Made by a program: the position numbers and the translations under genes
The notes under the pieces: model-generated
Database searches by the model: none
What the model was told of the DNA's origin: nothing
Seen by the model: the letters and a program-made list of their open reading frames with translations, nothing else
Assembly (NCBI GenBank): GCA_041736305.1
Contig: JBGSTX010000173.1
Span: 1 to 14,318, forward strand
Reading direction: 5' to 3'
Length of the DNA: 14,318 bases
Source: Oligoflexus sp.
GTDB taxonomy: Bacteria; Bdellovibrionota_B; Oligoflexia; Oligoflexales; Oligoflexaceae
Shown: positions 6,339 to 14,318 of the stretch, one piece after another
Numbering within the stretch: the first letter of the stretch is position 1
Layout of the letters: every line of letters begins with the position of its first letter

Positions 6339-7220
6339 ATGACGAGCGAAATGCAAGATTATATGAGCGCTGCTGACGGGACCAGACTCTGGTACGAGGT
6401 CATCGGCCAAGGACCCGTGACTCTGGTGCTCTGCGATGGAGTTGGATGTGCAGGCTACATTTGGAAGTATATAGTCGCTGATTTCTCCTCCCAATACCGC
6501 ATCCTGCACGGACAATATCGGGCGCACGGTCATTCAGATGTTCCAAAGGACCTGAGCACCATGACCGTTGAGCAGCTCGCTGACGACATGAATAGTCTTA
6601 TAGAAAAGGTAGTGGGCAATGGCCCCATAGTCCTCATGGGGCACAGCATGGGTGTACAGGTAGCCTTAGAATGCTATCGGCGTCGTCCGGCCTCCGTACG
6701 TTCGTTGGTGCTCATCAACGGACCCTATGGCAAAGCCTTGCAGCATGTGCACAGCACGAAGTTCTTCGTGAATATTCTGCCGACCGTCCGCTCGCTGGTA
6801 GACCGCTGGCAGGGATTGGTCAACAGATACTGGGAACCTGTGCTCGACTCTGAGCTGAGCTATATCATCGCCATGATCTTCGAGGTCAATCCCCTGCTCA
6901 CGAAAAGAAAAGATTTCCGCCCGTACTTTAAAGAGCTCGGAAGCATTAATCCTCAGGCTTTCTTTACCGCTCTCAATAATGCTAACAAGCACTCTGCCTA
7001 TACCGTTCTTCGGCACATTAAAATTCCCTGCCTGGTGGTGGCCGGAGATCGAGACCGCTTCACCCCCTATCCCATCGTCCGCAAAATGTTTGAAGCGATT
7101 CCTAAGGCGGAATATCTCATGCTTAGGAAGGGAAGTCATATAGGGCCACTCGAGCTGCCGCGAATCCTTAACCAGCGGATCGATGCATTTCTTCGCTCGC
7201 AGCTCGAACCCGAAACCTAG
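6339..7220 (+). CDS. Alpha/beta fold hydrolase (serine esterase/lipase-like)
   Basis: Nucleophile elbow GHSMG, acid in AGDRDRFTP, His in GSHIGPLE, RAHGHS motif. ATG 6339 (CAGGA upstream) is preferred over 6297. Confidence 0.9.
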   Translation: MTSEMQDYMSAADGTRLWYEVIGQGPVTLVLCDGVGCAGYIWKYIVADFSSQYRILHGQYRAHGHSDVPKDLSTMTVEQLADDMNSLIEKVVGNGPIVLMGHSMGVQVALECYRRRPASVRSLVLINGPYGKALQHVHSTKFFVNILPTVRSLVDRWQGLVNRYWEPVLDSELSYIIAMIFEVNPLLTKRKDFRPYFKELGSINPQAFFTALNNANKHSAYTVLRHIKIPCLVVAGDRDRFTPYPIVRKMFEAIPKAEYLMLRKGSHIGPLELPRILNQRIDAFLRSQLEPET

Positions 7221-7780
7221 GCTGGCTCGGATCCCGCTCCCGCCAAGCGGAAGATGGCGCCGTAAGGCAATGGTGTATCAAAAGCTCGATCGAGGTGGAG
7301 TTTGAGATCCCAGCAGCGCAGGGCTCTGATGATTCCACTGTGGGAAACACAGATATTGAGCCGATCTTCTTCCTGACTCTCCTTCTCTAAGCTGGCAAGA
7401 AAACGCAAAGCCCTAGCTTCGACCTGCCGAAAGCTTTCCCCACCCGGAGGAGCCAATTCCACGAAATCATCCGTCCAGGGCGTAGATATTTCGCGGGGAA
7501 TATCGTCCCACAAGAGACCTTCCCACTCGCCAAAATGCATTTCGCGCAGGTCCTCATCGATACACACAGGGCCCAGATCCAGGTCTTCAGCCAGCTGACG
7601 ACAACGCTTCAGCGGACTGCTATAGACGCGAAACTTGCCTCGAGACAGAGGAGCTAAGTGCTCGCGGATAAGCTGCAGTTCTTCCGCGTAACTCGAGGCG
7701 AGATCGAGGTCGAGGTGGCCATAGCAAAGTCCCTCAGCATGGGCAGGCGTGGTGTGCCGAATCAAGAGGAGATTAGCCAT
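7217..7780 (-). CDS. cobC: Alpha-ribazole phosphatase (histidine phosphatase family)
   Basis: LIRHT...GLCYG, YSSPLKRC, LREMHFGEWEG, PPGGES, SHSGIIR; last gene of the cob cluster. Confidence 0.88.
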   Translation of the reverse strand: MANLLLIRHTTPAHAEGLCYGHLDLDLASSYAEELQLIREHLAPLSRGKFRVYSSPLKRCRQLAEDLDLGPVCIDEDLREMHFGEWEGLLWDDIPREISTPWTDDFVELAPPGGESFRQVEARALRFLASLEKESQEEDRLNICVSHSGIIRALRCWDLKLHLDRAFDTPLPYGAIFRLAGAGSEPA

Positions 7781-8924
7781 GTCCTATGCCCTTCTGATTT
7801 TCGGATTCGAGCTCCCCCTTGGTCGCGGCGGTGAAGGAAAACCATTTTTGTGTGTAGAAGTAAATCCAGAGACTGGAGGCCGAACATACCATGAGAAATA
7901 AGGCAAAAGGGTAGCCGTACATCCAGTCCAGTTCGGGCATGTTCCAAGGCGAATTACGATTGAAGTTCATCCCGTATATTCCAGAAATAAAAGTCATCGG
8001 AATGAAGGTCGCCGTAATAATCGTAAGGAATTTGATGATCTCATTGGATCGATGGGTCTGCAGCGAGAGGTGGAGATCGATCAGGGTCTTCGAGGTCTCC
8101 TTTAGGTTGTCCAAAAAGTCTAGGATTTGTATCGTATGATCGAAACAGTCGCGCAGGTAAACGCAAACCTCCTCGCTCATCGGTGATTCAGGATCACGCA
8201 TCAGCTGCGTAATCAGCTCCTTGTGGCTCCAGAGTATCCGGTGATTGTAGTTGATCCGCGCTCGAATATTGTAGATCTCTAGAATAGCAATCGGTTTGAG
8301 ACCGAGGATGATCTCATCCTCCGCCGCGTCGAGCTCCTGGGCATAGTGCTCGGCAACCGGAAAATAGAGGTCGATGACGGCATCTATGATTGCATAGGTG
8401 AGATATTCGCAGGTCTTACTGCGAATTTGACCGATCTTTTTTTGAATGCGATTCCGGATGGAATCCAAGTAGTCGACCGGCGTATTCTGAAAGCTTACAA
8501 CAAAGCGATTGCCGACCACGATGCTGATAACTTCGCTCTCGCTGCGGCTGTCATGTCGCGGAACGTGGATCGCGATGTAGGAATAGTGTTCGTAGTGCTC
8601 CGCCTTAGGCCGCTCGTTTTGGTTGATGATATCTTCTACAGTCAGGCGGTGAATTCCCAGTTGTTCGCAGAATTTTTGGATCAGGCCCGTATCTTGAAAA
8701 CCGACGACCTTGATCCAGGTCACCTGATGGGAGTCTATGGTAGCTTTAACGCTATTGAGGTCGCGCAAGACTTCGCTGTGCACCGCCTCCGCCGTGTACG
8801 AGATGTAACTGAGAGTCGTCGGCATCGCATTGAGCGGTGCGACTACTGTTCCAGGGCTACTGCCAGGTGGAGGTCGATGAAAAAGCTTTCTGCGCAGGGA
8901 TCTGGTATGAGATGGCTTGGCCAA
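7773..8924 (-). CDS. corA: CorA-family Mg2+/Co2+ transporter
   Basis: HRLTVEDI, ERPKAEHY, YLRDCFDH, TM1 ending in GIYGMNF, loop MPEL, TM2 YGYPFAL. TTG start at 8924 with AAGGAG 6 nt upstream. Confidence 0.96.
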   Translation of the reverse strand: MAKPSHTRSLRRKLFHRPPPGSSPGTVVAPLNAMPTTLSYISYTAEAVHSEVLRDLNSVKATIDSHQVTWIKVVGFQDTGLIQKFCEQLGIHRLTVEDIINQNERPKAEHYEHYSYIAIHVPRHDSRSESEVISIVVGNRFVVSFQNTPVDYLDSIRNRIQKKIGQIRSKTCEYLTYAIIDAVIDLYFPVAEHYAQELDAAEDEIILGLKPIAILEIYNIRARINYNHRILWSHKELITQLMRDPESPMSEEVCVYLRDCFDHTIQILDFLDNLKETSKTLIDLHLSLQTHRSNEIIKFLTIITATFIPMTFISGIYGMNFNRNSPWNMPELDWMYGYPFALFLMVCSASSLWIYFYTQKWFSFTAATKGELESENQKGIGHG

Positions 8925-8971
8925 GGCGACTCCTTTCGGATCTGCATATCTCTAGATACGCCTTTTCAAGC

Positions 8972-8999
8972 AACTTAGCACTGACGCAGCATCTCGCAA
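8972..8999 (-). promoter_or_regulatory. Possible internal promoter for corA-cobC
   Basis: Minus strand TTGCGA-16 nt-TAAGTT with an extended -10 TG, in the only large gap (89 nt) of the cob cluster. Confidence 0.25.
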
Positions 9000-9013
9000 A
9001 TCCCAATCTCATC

Positions 9014-9760
9014 TTATGCGCCGATGCGCGGCCAGAGCCAGCTCGCCGAAAGGAGGAGCAGAGTTTCACTGAGTTTAATTGCTGCTCCAAGACAGTCGCC
9101 CGTGTACCCACCGAAAGCCCGCCTGAGCCCCCTAACCCAGAGCTCGTGCCAGATAACTAGAGCTAGCAGGAGGATTAGGCAGACCCCTGCTGATGGTAAG
9201 AGGAAGCCGACAGCTAGAGTCGTTACTGCGCTTAAGAGTAATCCCGCTAGGGGAGGGAGCGGAGGTATATAAGCATGAGCTCGACTCCCACTTCGTTCCA
9301 CATAAGAAAGTCTGGCAACTAAGGATGTGGCGAGGCCACGGGCAGCGACTTGACTGACGATTAGGGCGGCTGTCAGCTTTTCTACGGCTATGCTTTCTAG
9401 GCTTAAAAACTGGCAAGCTAGAGTCCCTATGAGCGCGAGCACCCCGTAGCTGCCTAAGCGCGGATCTTTCATGATTTCAAGGCGCCGCGTCCTCTCACTG
9501 GCTCCTAAGATAGCATCGCTGAAATCGCCTAGTCCGTCTTCGTGTAAGGCACCACTGATGACAATAGGGAGACTTAAAAGCAGGAGATTCGAAAGGCTGC
9601 TACCTCCACCGATGAGTAGCTGTAAGCCACCGTAGCACCAACCGAGGAGTGGGAGATACCAGACTGCATAGGGGAAAGCTGAAGCTGGCAGCCGACGTGC
9701 TATCGGAATTCTTGTGAAGGCTACAATCGCGGCCAGCCAGCTATCGAGAACCAGTCTCAT
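9014..9760 (-). CDS. cobS: Adenosylcobinamide-GDP ribazoletransferase (cobalamin synthase)
   Basis: FTRIP, GALHEDGLGDFSDA, RRLEIMKDPRLGSYG, FGGYTGDCLGA; hydrophobic; ATGA overlap with cobT. Confidence 0.96.
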   Translation of the reverse strand: MRLVLDSWLAAIVAFTRIPIARRLPASAFPYAVWYLPLLGWCYGGLQLLIGGGSSLSNLLLLSLPIVISGALHEDGLGDFSDAILGASERTRRLEIMKDPRLGSYGVLALIGTLACQFLSLESIAVEKLTAALIVSQVAARGLATSLVARLSYVERSGSRAHAYIPPLPPLAGLLLSAVTTLAVGFLLPSAGVCLILLLALVIWHELWVRGLRRAFGGYTGDCLGAAIKLSETLLLLSASWLWPRIGA

Positions 9761-10803
9761 GGGTTAAGACGCACGGGGACTGCAGCACTCGCAAAGCTTG
9801 CCATTTCCGCGAGCAAGGCCACAGCGCTCTGGAGTATCGGCAGAACCAGTGCCGCACCGGTCCCTTCGCCGAGCCGCATCTCGAGATCTAATAGCGGTTT
9901 TACGCCGAGTTCGTCGAGGATCGCCTGATGCCCCAAAGCTGCCGATTTGTGCGCAAAAATAAGATAGTCCTTGAGCGCAGGCTGGGCTTTTACTGCGGCG
10001 AGAGCCACGCTGCTTATGATCAAGCCATCGATGACGATAGGGACTCTGAGAGCTGCTGCTTCCATCATCGCTCCAGCTACCATGACCATTTCGAAGCCTG
10101 CATAGGTCTGGAGAATGAGGTCGACGTCTGACAGCGGTCCGTGAAAATCCCGTGCAGCTTGGAGAACACCGAGTTTGCGCTCAAGCTCCTGATCGTTGCA
10201 GCCCGCTCCGCGGCTCACGGCTCGCTGCAACGGCTGTTCACATAGCGAATGAATGATCATTGCGGCTGCCGCTGAGTTGCCGATGCCCATCTCACCCAGT
10301 GCCAGTAGGCGGCATCCAGCCCGATACTGAGCCCGTAGGACGTCCGCTCCGATTTCCAAGGCCCTTTCATACTGATCCTTATCCATGGATCTCTGCTGGC
10401 AAAAATCGCGGGTGCCCGGCGCGATTCGACGATCGAGGATACGTGAACTTTCCAGGGCTTCGAGAGTCCCGGCGTTAATCAGGACCAGTTCCCAGCCGAG
10501 CTGTCGGCTGAGTACACTGGCTGCTGCGCCGCCCTCGGCAAGATTTCTGAGCATCGCAGCGCTTACGCTTTGAGGGTAAGGACTTACCGAATGAGCCCCC
10601 GCGACTCCGTGATCGCCAGCGAAGAGGAGCAGCGAAGGCCGGTCGAGACTGGGTTGCTCCCGATCTTGGATTTTTCCGATTTGCGCCGCCAGTTCCTCGA
10701 GCCGACCCAGCGAGCCCTGAGGTTTGGTCTTTTGATCGAAGCTAGACTGAATCAGCAAACTCTTTTGCGAACCGAGGCTTTCGAGTTTCCATGAAATTAG
10801 CAT
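9757..10803 (-). CDS. cobT: Nicotinate-nucleotide:dimethylbenzimidazole phosphoribosyltransferase
   Basis: KTKPQGSLGRLE, FAGDHGV, VSPYPQSVS, GEMGIGNS, IDGLI, LDLEMRLGEGTGA. Confidence 0.97.
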   Translation of the reverse strand: MLISWKLESLGSQKSLLIQSSFDQKTKPQGSLGRLEELAAQIGKIQDREQPSLDRPSLLLFAGDHGVAGAHSVSPYPQSVSAAMLRNLAEGGAAASVLSRQLGWELVLINAGTLEALESSRILDRRIAPGTRDFCQQRSMDKDQYERALEIGADVLRAQYRAGCRLLALGEMGIGNSAAAAMIIHSLCEQPLQRAVSRGAGCNDQELERKLGVLQAARDFHGPLSDVDLILQTYAGFEMVMVAGAMMEAAALRVPIVIDGLIISSVALAAVKAQPALKDYLIFAHKSAALGHQAILDELGVKPLLDLEMRLGEGTGAALVLPILQSAVALLAEMASFASAAVPVRLNP

Positions 10804-10807
10804 CGAT

Positions 10808-12322
10808 TCAAACCTTCCTATGCAGCAAGTTTAGTATCGCCTGCATGTCGCAATTTGCTTCAATATGGGCGGCAAGCTTATCGTAAGATTCGCCGCGCCC
10901 CATTACTTCTGTTGCCGTGAGTAGTGGTAGATTCTTTAGGCCCCGCAGCTTGTTGAGGAGAGCCAGACGGAAAACGGTATTTTCGAAGAGCCCATGCACC
11001 ATAGTTCCAAGCAAGGGTGCGGTGCTCATAGCTTGACCTTCGCTAGTCGTTTCTCCTCCCAGCACCTCGAAGATAGGGGGCAATGCAGCTCCTGATATCC
11101 GACCCACGTGGATCTCGTAGCCAGTGAGAGGAACTTGGATCCCAAGCTGCCATGGGTCATGCAGCCAAGTTACCTGAACCTGCCGCGTTATTTTTTTGCC
11201 AAAGAAATGCGTCTCATGGTCTAAGAAACCCAGTCCGCTCACTGTGCTACCAGCAGGACTTTCTGCACCTTCAAGGTCGAAAAGCTTGGCGCCTAGCATC
11301 TGATAACCGCCACAGATCGCCATTATGGGCTTACCTGCGGCCAGCCTGCGACGCAAAGCTTCTTCCCGCCCTCCGCTGAATAACCAGGCTAAATCGCTGA
11401 TGGTCTGTTTGGAACCGGGAAGGATGAGGAGGTCGGCAGCTTCGATATCAGCCGGGTCTTCTATATAGGCCAGCTCAGTACCCGCTTCGCGTTCTAGCGA
11501 ATGGAATTCGTCATAGTTGGACATTCGCGGATAGCGAAGAATGGCGATCGTCACGCCTTCAAAACCGGAGCGTAAGCGCTGTGGTCGACGTTCAAGTCCT
11601 AGACTATCTTCGTCAGGCAGCCCGTGGTCTTTCAGATAAGGCACAAGTCCGAAAACGCGTCGCGCAGTTTTTGCCTCGAGCATCTCAAGTCCGCTGCTCA
11701 GCAGCTTCGGATCACCTCTGAACTTGTTTATAATAAATCCGGCGACGCGTTCCCGTTCGTCAGGTTCGAGCAGTTCCATCGTTCCGACAAAGGCGGCAAA
11801 AACTCCGCCGCGGTCGATATCGCCGACGAGCAGGACCGGAGCATCACAGGCTTTAGCTACGAACATATTTACCAGGTCGTTAGCTTTGAGATTGATTTCT
11901 GCCGGACTGCCTGCGCCTTCGATGATGACGATGTCGTAGCTCTTGCGCAGCTCATCTAAAGCTTCGACTATCTTTATCCGCAGTTCAGGTTTCATTCCAT
12001 GATAGGTCCGGAAACTGTAGGTCCCGATCGATTGGCCCCGCAGTACGACCTGGGAGATGCTCTCCCCCTCAGGCTTGAGGAGGATAGGATTCATCGCCGA
12101 ACTGGGTACAGCTCGCGCAGCCTCAGCCTGAAAAAATTGAGCGCAACCTATCTCTTCACCGCTCGGTGTGACCGAGGAGTTGAGGGCCATGTTCTGGGCT
12201 TTGAAGGGGGCGACTTTATAGCCTTTGTTACTAAACCAGCGGCATAGCCCCGTCACCATCATGCTCTTGCCGACATTGGAGCTAGTTCCCTGAATCATGA
12301 GAACGGCTGCAGGGCGCTTCAT
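10808..12322 (-). CDS. cobQ: Cobyric acid synthase (CobQ/CbiP)
   Basis: QGTSSNVGKS, PFKAQNMALNS, MNPILLKP, EGAGSPAEINL, DIDRGG, glutaminase ICGGYQMLG, GYEIH, GTMVHG. Confidence 0.98.
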   Translation of the reverse strand: MKRPAAVLMIQGTSSNVGKSMMVTGLCRWFSNKGYKVAPFKAQNMALNSSVTPSGEEIGCAQFFQAEAARAVPSSAMNPILLKPEGESISQVVLRGQSIGTYSFRTYHGMKPELRIKIVEALDELRKSYDIVIIEGAGSPAEINLKANDLVNMFVAKACDAPVLLVGDIDRGGVFAAFVGTMELLEPDERERVAGFIINKFRGDPKLLSSGLEMLEAKTARRVFGLVPYLKDHGLPDEDSLGLERRPQRLRSGFEGVTIAILRYPRMSNYDEFHSLEREAGTELAYIEDPADIEAADLLILPGSKQTISDLAWLFSGGREEALRRRLAAGKPIMAICGGYQMLGAKLFDLEGAESPAGSTVSGLGFLDHETHFFGKKITRQVQVTWLHDPWQLGIQVPLTGYEIHVGRISGAALPPIFEVLGGETTSEGQAMSTAPLLGTMVHGLFENTVFRLALLNKLRGLKNLPLLTATEVMGRGESYDKLAAHIEANCDMQAILNLLHRKV

Positions 12323-13383
12323 AAAAGCTCCGTATCTAAGGCTTGCAGAAAACGCTCTCGATCGGCTCGCGGACGAGCCGCGATACGCAAGTTCTGTGGC
12401 CAGCCATAGGACCCACAGGTGCGAAGCAAAATCTTGTGCCGCGCGAGCAGCTTAGACGCTAGATCTTCTTGCCCAGAGGGCAGGCGCAGCATGAGAAACA
12501 CAGTGCTGCTCGTCAAAGTTTCGATCCCTCGGCTGTGGAGAGCGGCCTCGAGTTCTTCGCGATCAGTAAGCAGGCGAGCGCGCGTTTCATGCAGAAACTC
12601 GGGGTGAGCTAAGCACCAAAGACCGGCTTCCTGCGCGAGGCTATTGAGCGACCAGGTCGGTATGTTCGCATTTATTTTTTTAATATGCTCTTCGGCTGCC
12701 AGAGCATAGCCTAGGCGCAGCCCAGCTAGAGCAAAGTCCTTCGTCATAGAGACGATCCGTATAACATTTGGGGGATATACTTCAGCCCTGGCGACGTGAT
12801 GATAACTCAGACTGAGAAACGATTCGTCGAGCACAATCATCAGTTCAGGCAAAGCCTTTGCAAGATCCTTGATGAAAGAGGGCGTCAGGTAAGCGCCTAT
12901 CGGACTGTTGGGATTGCAGATGTATACGACGGCCGTAGCCTCGCTCCTGAAAAAATGGGCCAGTTCTTCGATCTGTACGCCCTTCAGGTAGGTATCGGGT
13001 GAAGAAAGCCAGGGCGCTGCGCGGCCACCGATCTGAGTCGCTGCGCGACGGAATTCGGAATAGCATGGCTCAAAGCAGCTAAATACCCGGCTTGAATCGG
13101 CTCCCAGAAAAGTTCGGGCTACGCTCCAGATCAACTCATTGGCGCCATTGCCGAGAGCTAGCTGAGCCGCTGAAACCCCAAGCGTCGCGGCCAGCTCTTG
13201 CTTAAGTAGCTGCGCCTCAGGGTCGGGATAATGCCACCAGGCTACGTTTTGAATTTTTGCGATAAGATCTGAGGGCGGACCATAAGGATTGACGTTGACG
13301 CTGAGATCCAAGAGCTGGCTATCTGCAGCCAAGCCCCAGGCCGCGGCTCCACCGTGACTCTGCATGGAAAAATCTGGCATCAT
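12319..13383 (-). CDS. cobD: L-threonine-O-3-phosphate decarboxylase (PLP-dependent class I/II aminotransferase fold)
   Basis: HGG, LDLSVNVNPYGP, GNGANE, CNPNSP, DESF, PLP lysine in SMTKDFALAGLRLGY; lies between cbiB and cobQ. Start moved from 13470 to ATG 13383 (AAGGAG 7 nt upstream, ATGA overlap with the cbiB stop). Confidence 0.9.
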   Translation of the reverse strand: MMPDFSMQSHGGAAAWGLAADSQLLDLSVNVNPYGPPSDLIAKIQNVAWWHYPDPEAQLLKQELAATLGVSAAQLALGNGANELIWSVARTFLGADSSRVFSCFEPCYSEFRRAATQIGGRAAPWLSSPDTYLKGVQIEELAHFFRSEATAVVYICNPNSPIGAYLTPSFIKDLAKALPELMIVLDESFLSLSYHHVARAEVYPPNVIRIVSMTKDFALAGLRLGYALAAEEHIKKINANIPTWSLNSLAQEAGLWCLAHPEFLHETRARLLTDREELEAALHSRGIETLTSSTVFLMLRLPSGQEDLASKLLARHKILLRTCGSYGWPQNLRIAARPRADRERFLQALDTELL

Positions 13384-14315
13384 CGAACCGCTCCTTCGCT
13401 GCTTATGAGCAGAGCCAATACGCAGGCAAAAGCAAAGCCTACCCATCCCGCTAGCGCCGTCAGCTGCCACGCTTTTTCAATAGCGCGCGGATTCACCGGA
13501 CTTCGCGCAGTGCCGAGCGAGTAAACTCCTGGCTTTCGAAGCTGCACTCTGAGCATGCCCGCCATCGCTGCCATGGGCCAGCCTCCGTTAGGACTAGGCG
13601 TTTTTCCGTGGTCCGCCCAGGCTACCTTTAATGCATTAATGTCTAAGGCGCGATGACAGGCGCCGGCTGAGAAAAGCAGGAGGGTCGTGAGCCTGGCGGG
13701 TATCCAATTCAAAACGTCATCACAGCGCGCTGACGCCCAACCGAGATAGCGAAAATGGTTCTTGTAACCGACCATAGCATCGAGCGTATTGACCGCTCGG
13801 TACATCACAGCCGCCGGGATTCCGCCTAGGAGAAAGTAAAAAAGTGGGGCTATAACGCTGTCGCATAGATTCTCAGCGAGCGAACTGATACTGGCTTCAG
13901 CCAGTTCGGTCTCGTTCAAGGCGCTCGCGTCGCGACTGCAAAGCGCTCGCAGATCACCCTGAGCCTCCCGGATCTTCCCACCTTCTAATTGTAGTTTTAC
14001 GGCTATAGCGGCTTCACCGAGGGCTCGCAGTGCAAAGCTGCTCTTGAGCCAAAAAACGGCCAAGATAAAGGCGGCCCATGGCCAATCACTGAGGCTTTTG
14101 ATGGAGAAGTAGGAGATCCAGCCGAAAAAACTGCTGACAAGCAGAAGCAAGATACAGCCGCCGGCATATTCCAGCCAGCGAGCGTGACCTAGTAAGCTCT
14201 TCTGCAGAAATGTTATAGCTTGCCCCATCCATACAACAGGATGGAAGCGGTTCGGATATTCCCCATAGAGAGCGTCGAGGGCCCAGGCTCCGGCTAATAT
14301 CCACCCGGGATTCAA
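13380..14315 (-). CDS. cbiB: Adenosylcobinamide-phosphate synthase
   Basis: GEYPNRFHPVVWMG, SRD, SLAENLCDSVIAP, YRAVNTLDAMVGY, DDVLNWIPARL, SPNGGWPMAAMAG. The TTG start is 3 nt from the window edge, so the start is not fully certain. Confidence 0.96.
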   Translation of the reverse strand: MNPGWILAGAWALDALYGEYPNRFHPVVWMGQAITFLQKSLLGHARWLEYAGGCILLLLVSSFFGWISYFSIKSLSDWPWAAFILAVFWLKSSFALRALGEAAIAVKLQLEGGKIREAQGDLRALCSRDASALNETELAEASISSLAENLCDSVIAPLFYFLLGGIPAAVMYRAVNTLDAMVGYKNHFRYLGWASARCDDVLNWIPARLTTLLLFSAGACHRALDINALKVAWADHGKTPSPNGGWPMAAMAGMLRVQLRKPGVYSLGTARSPVNPRAIEKAWQLTALAGWVGFAFACVLALLISSEGAVR

Positions 14316-14318
14316 AAG

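Noticed and set aside
6339..7220. Hydrolase as a cobamide-remodelling enzyme
   Set aside because: Opposite strand to the cob cluster, different fold from CbiZ; proximity is the only evidence.
7939..13066. Plus-strand and off-frame ORFs within the cob cluster (e.g. 8346-8978, 8837-9160, 11624-11959)
   Set aside because: Shadows of well-supported minus-strand genes.
13384..13470. 29-aa N-terminal extension of cobD
   Set aside because: It would overlap cbiB by about 90 nt; ATG 13383 has an SD and an ATGA overlap.
1..14318. Mobile elements, CRISPR arrays, tRNA/rRNA, defence systems, cobalamin riboswitch
   Set aside because: No transposase or integrase, no spaced direct repeats and no RNA-gene signatures seen; intergenic gaps are short and the cob leader lies outside the window.

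Overview
Bacterial chromosomal window, mostly housekeeping, with no mobile elements, RNA genes or CRISPR visible. Left to right: uvrA on the minus strand (start 2708, runs off the left edge, so it is absent from the ORF track); a divergent lipid A/lysophospholipid acyltransferase (LpxL/HtrB family) whose natural start at 2847 is interrupted by an in-frame TAG at codon 11; ispA (-); a plus-strand trio of a stand-alone Hpt protein, a PilZ-like protein with an unrecognised C-terminal domain, and an alpha/beta hydrolase; and a minus-strand late cobalamin cluster cbiB-cobD-cobQ-cobT-cobS-corA-cobC (Salmonella nomenclature), with a CorA Mg2+/Co2+ channel between cobS and cobC. The most interesting signals are the amber codon in the otherwise intact acyltransferase, CorA embedded in the B12 cluster, and the Hpt-PilZ pair, in which each gene is preceded by a small upstream ORF with its own Shine-Dalgarno (SD) site that abuts the gene start, plus structured leaders and sigma28/sigma54-like motifs. 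The regulatory calls were made by eye and are tentative. I cannot establish the taxon or true novelty without database searches.
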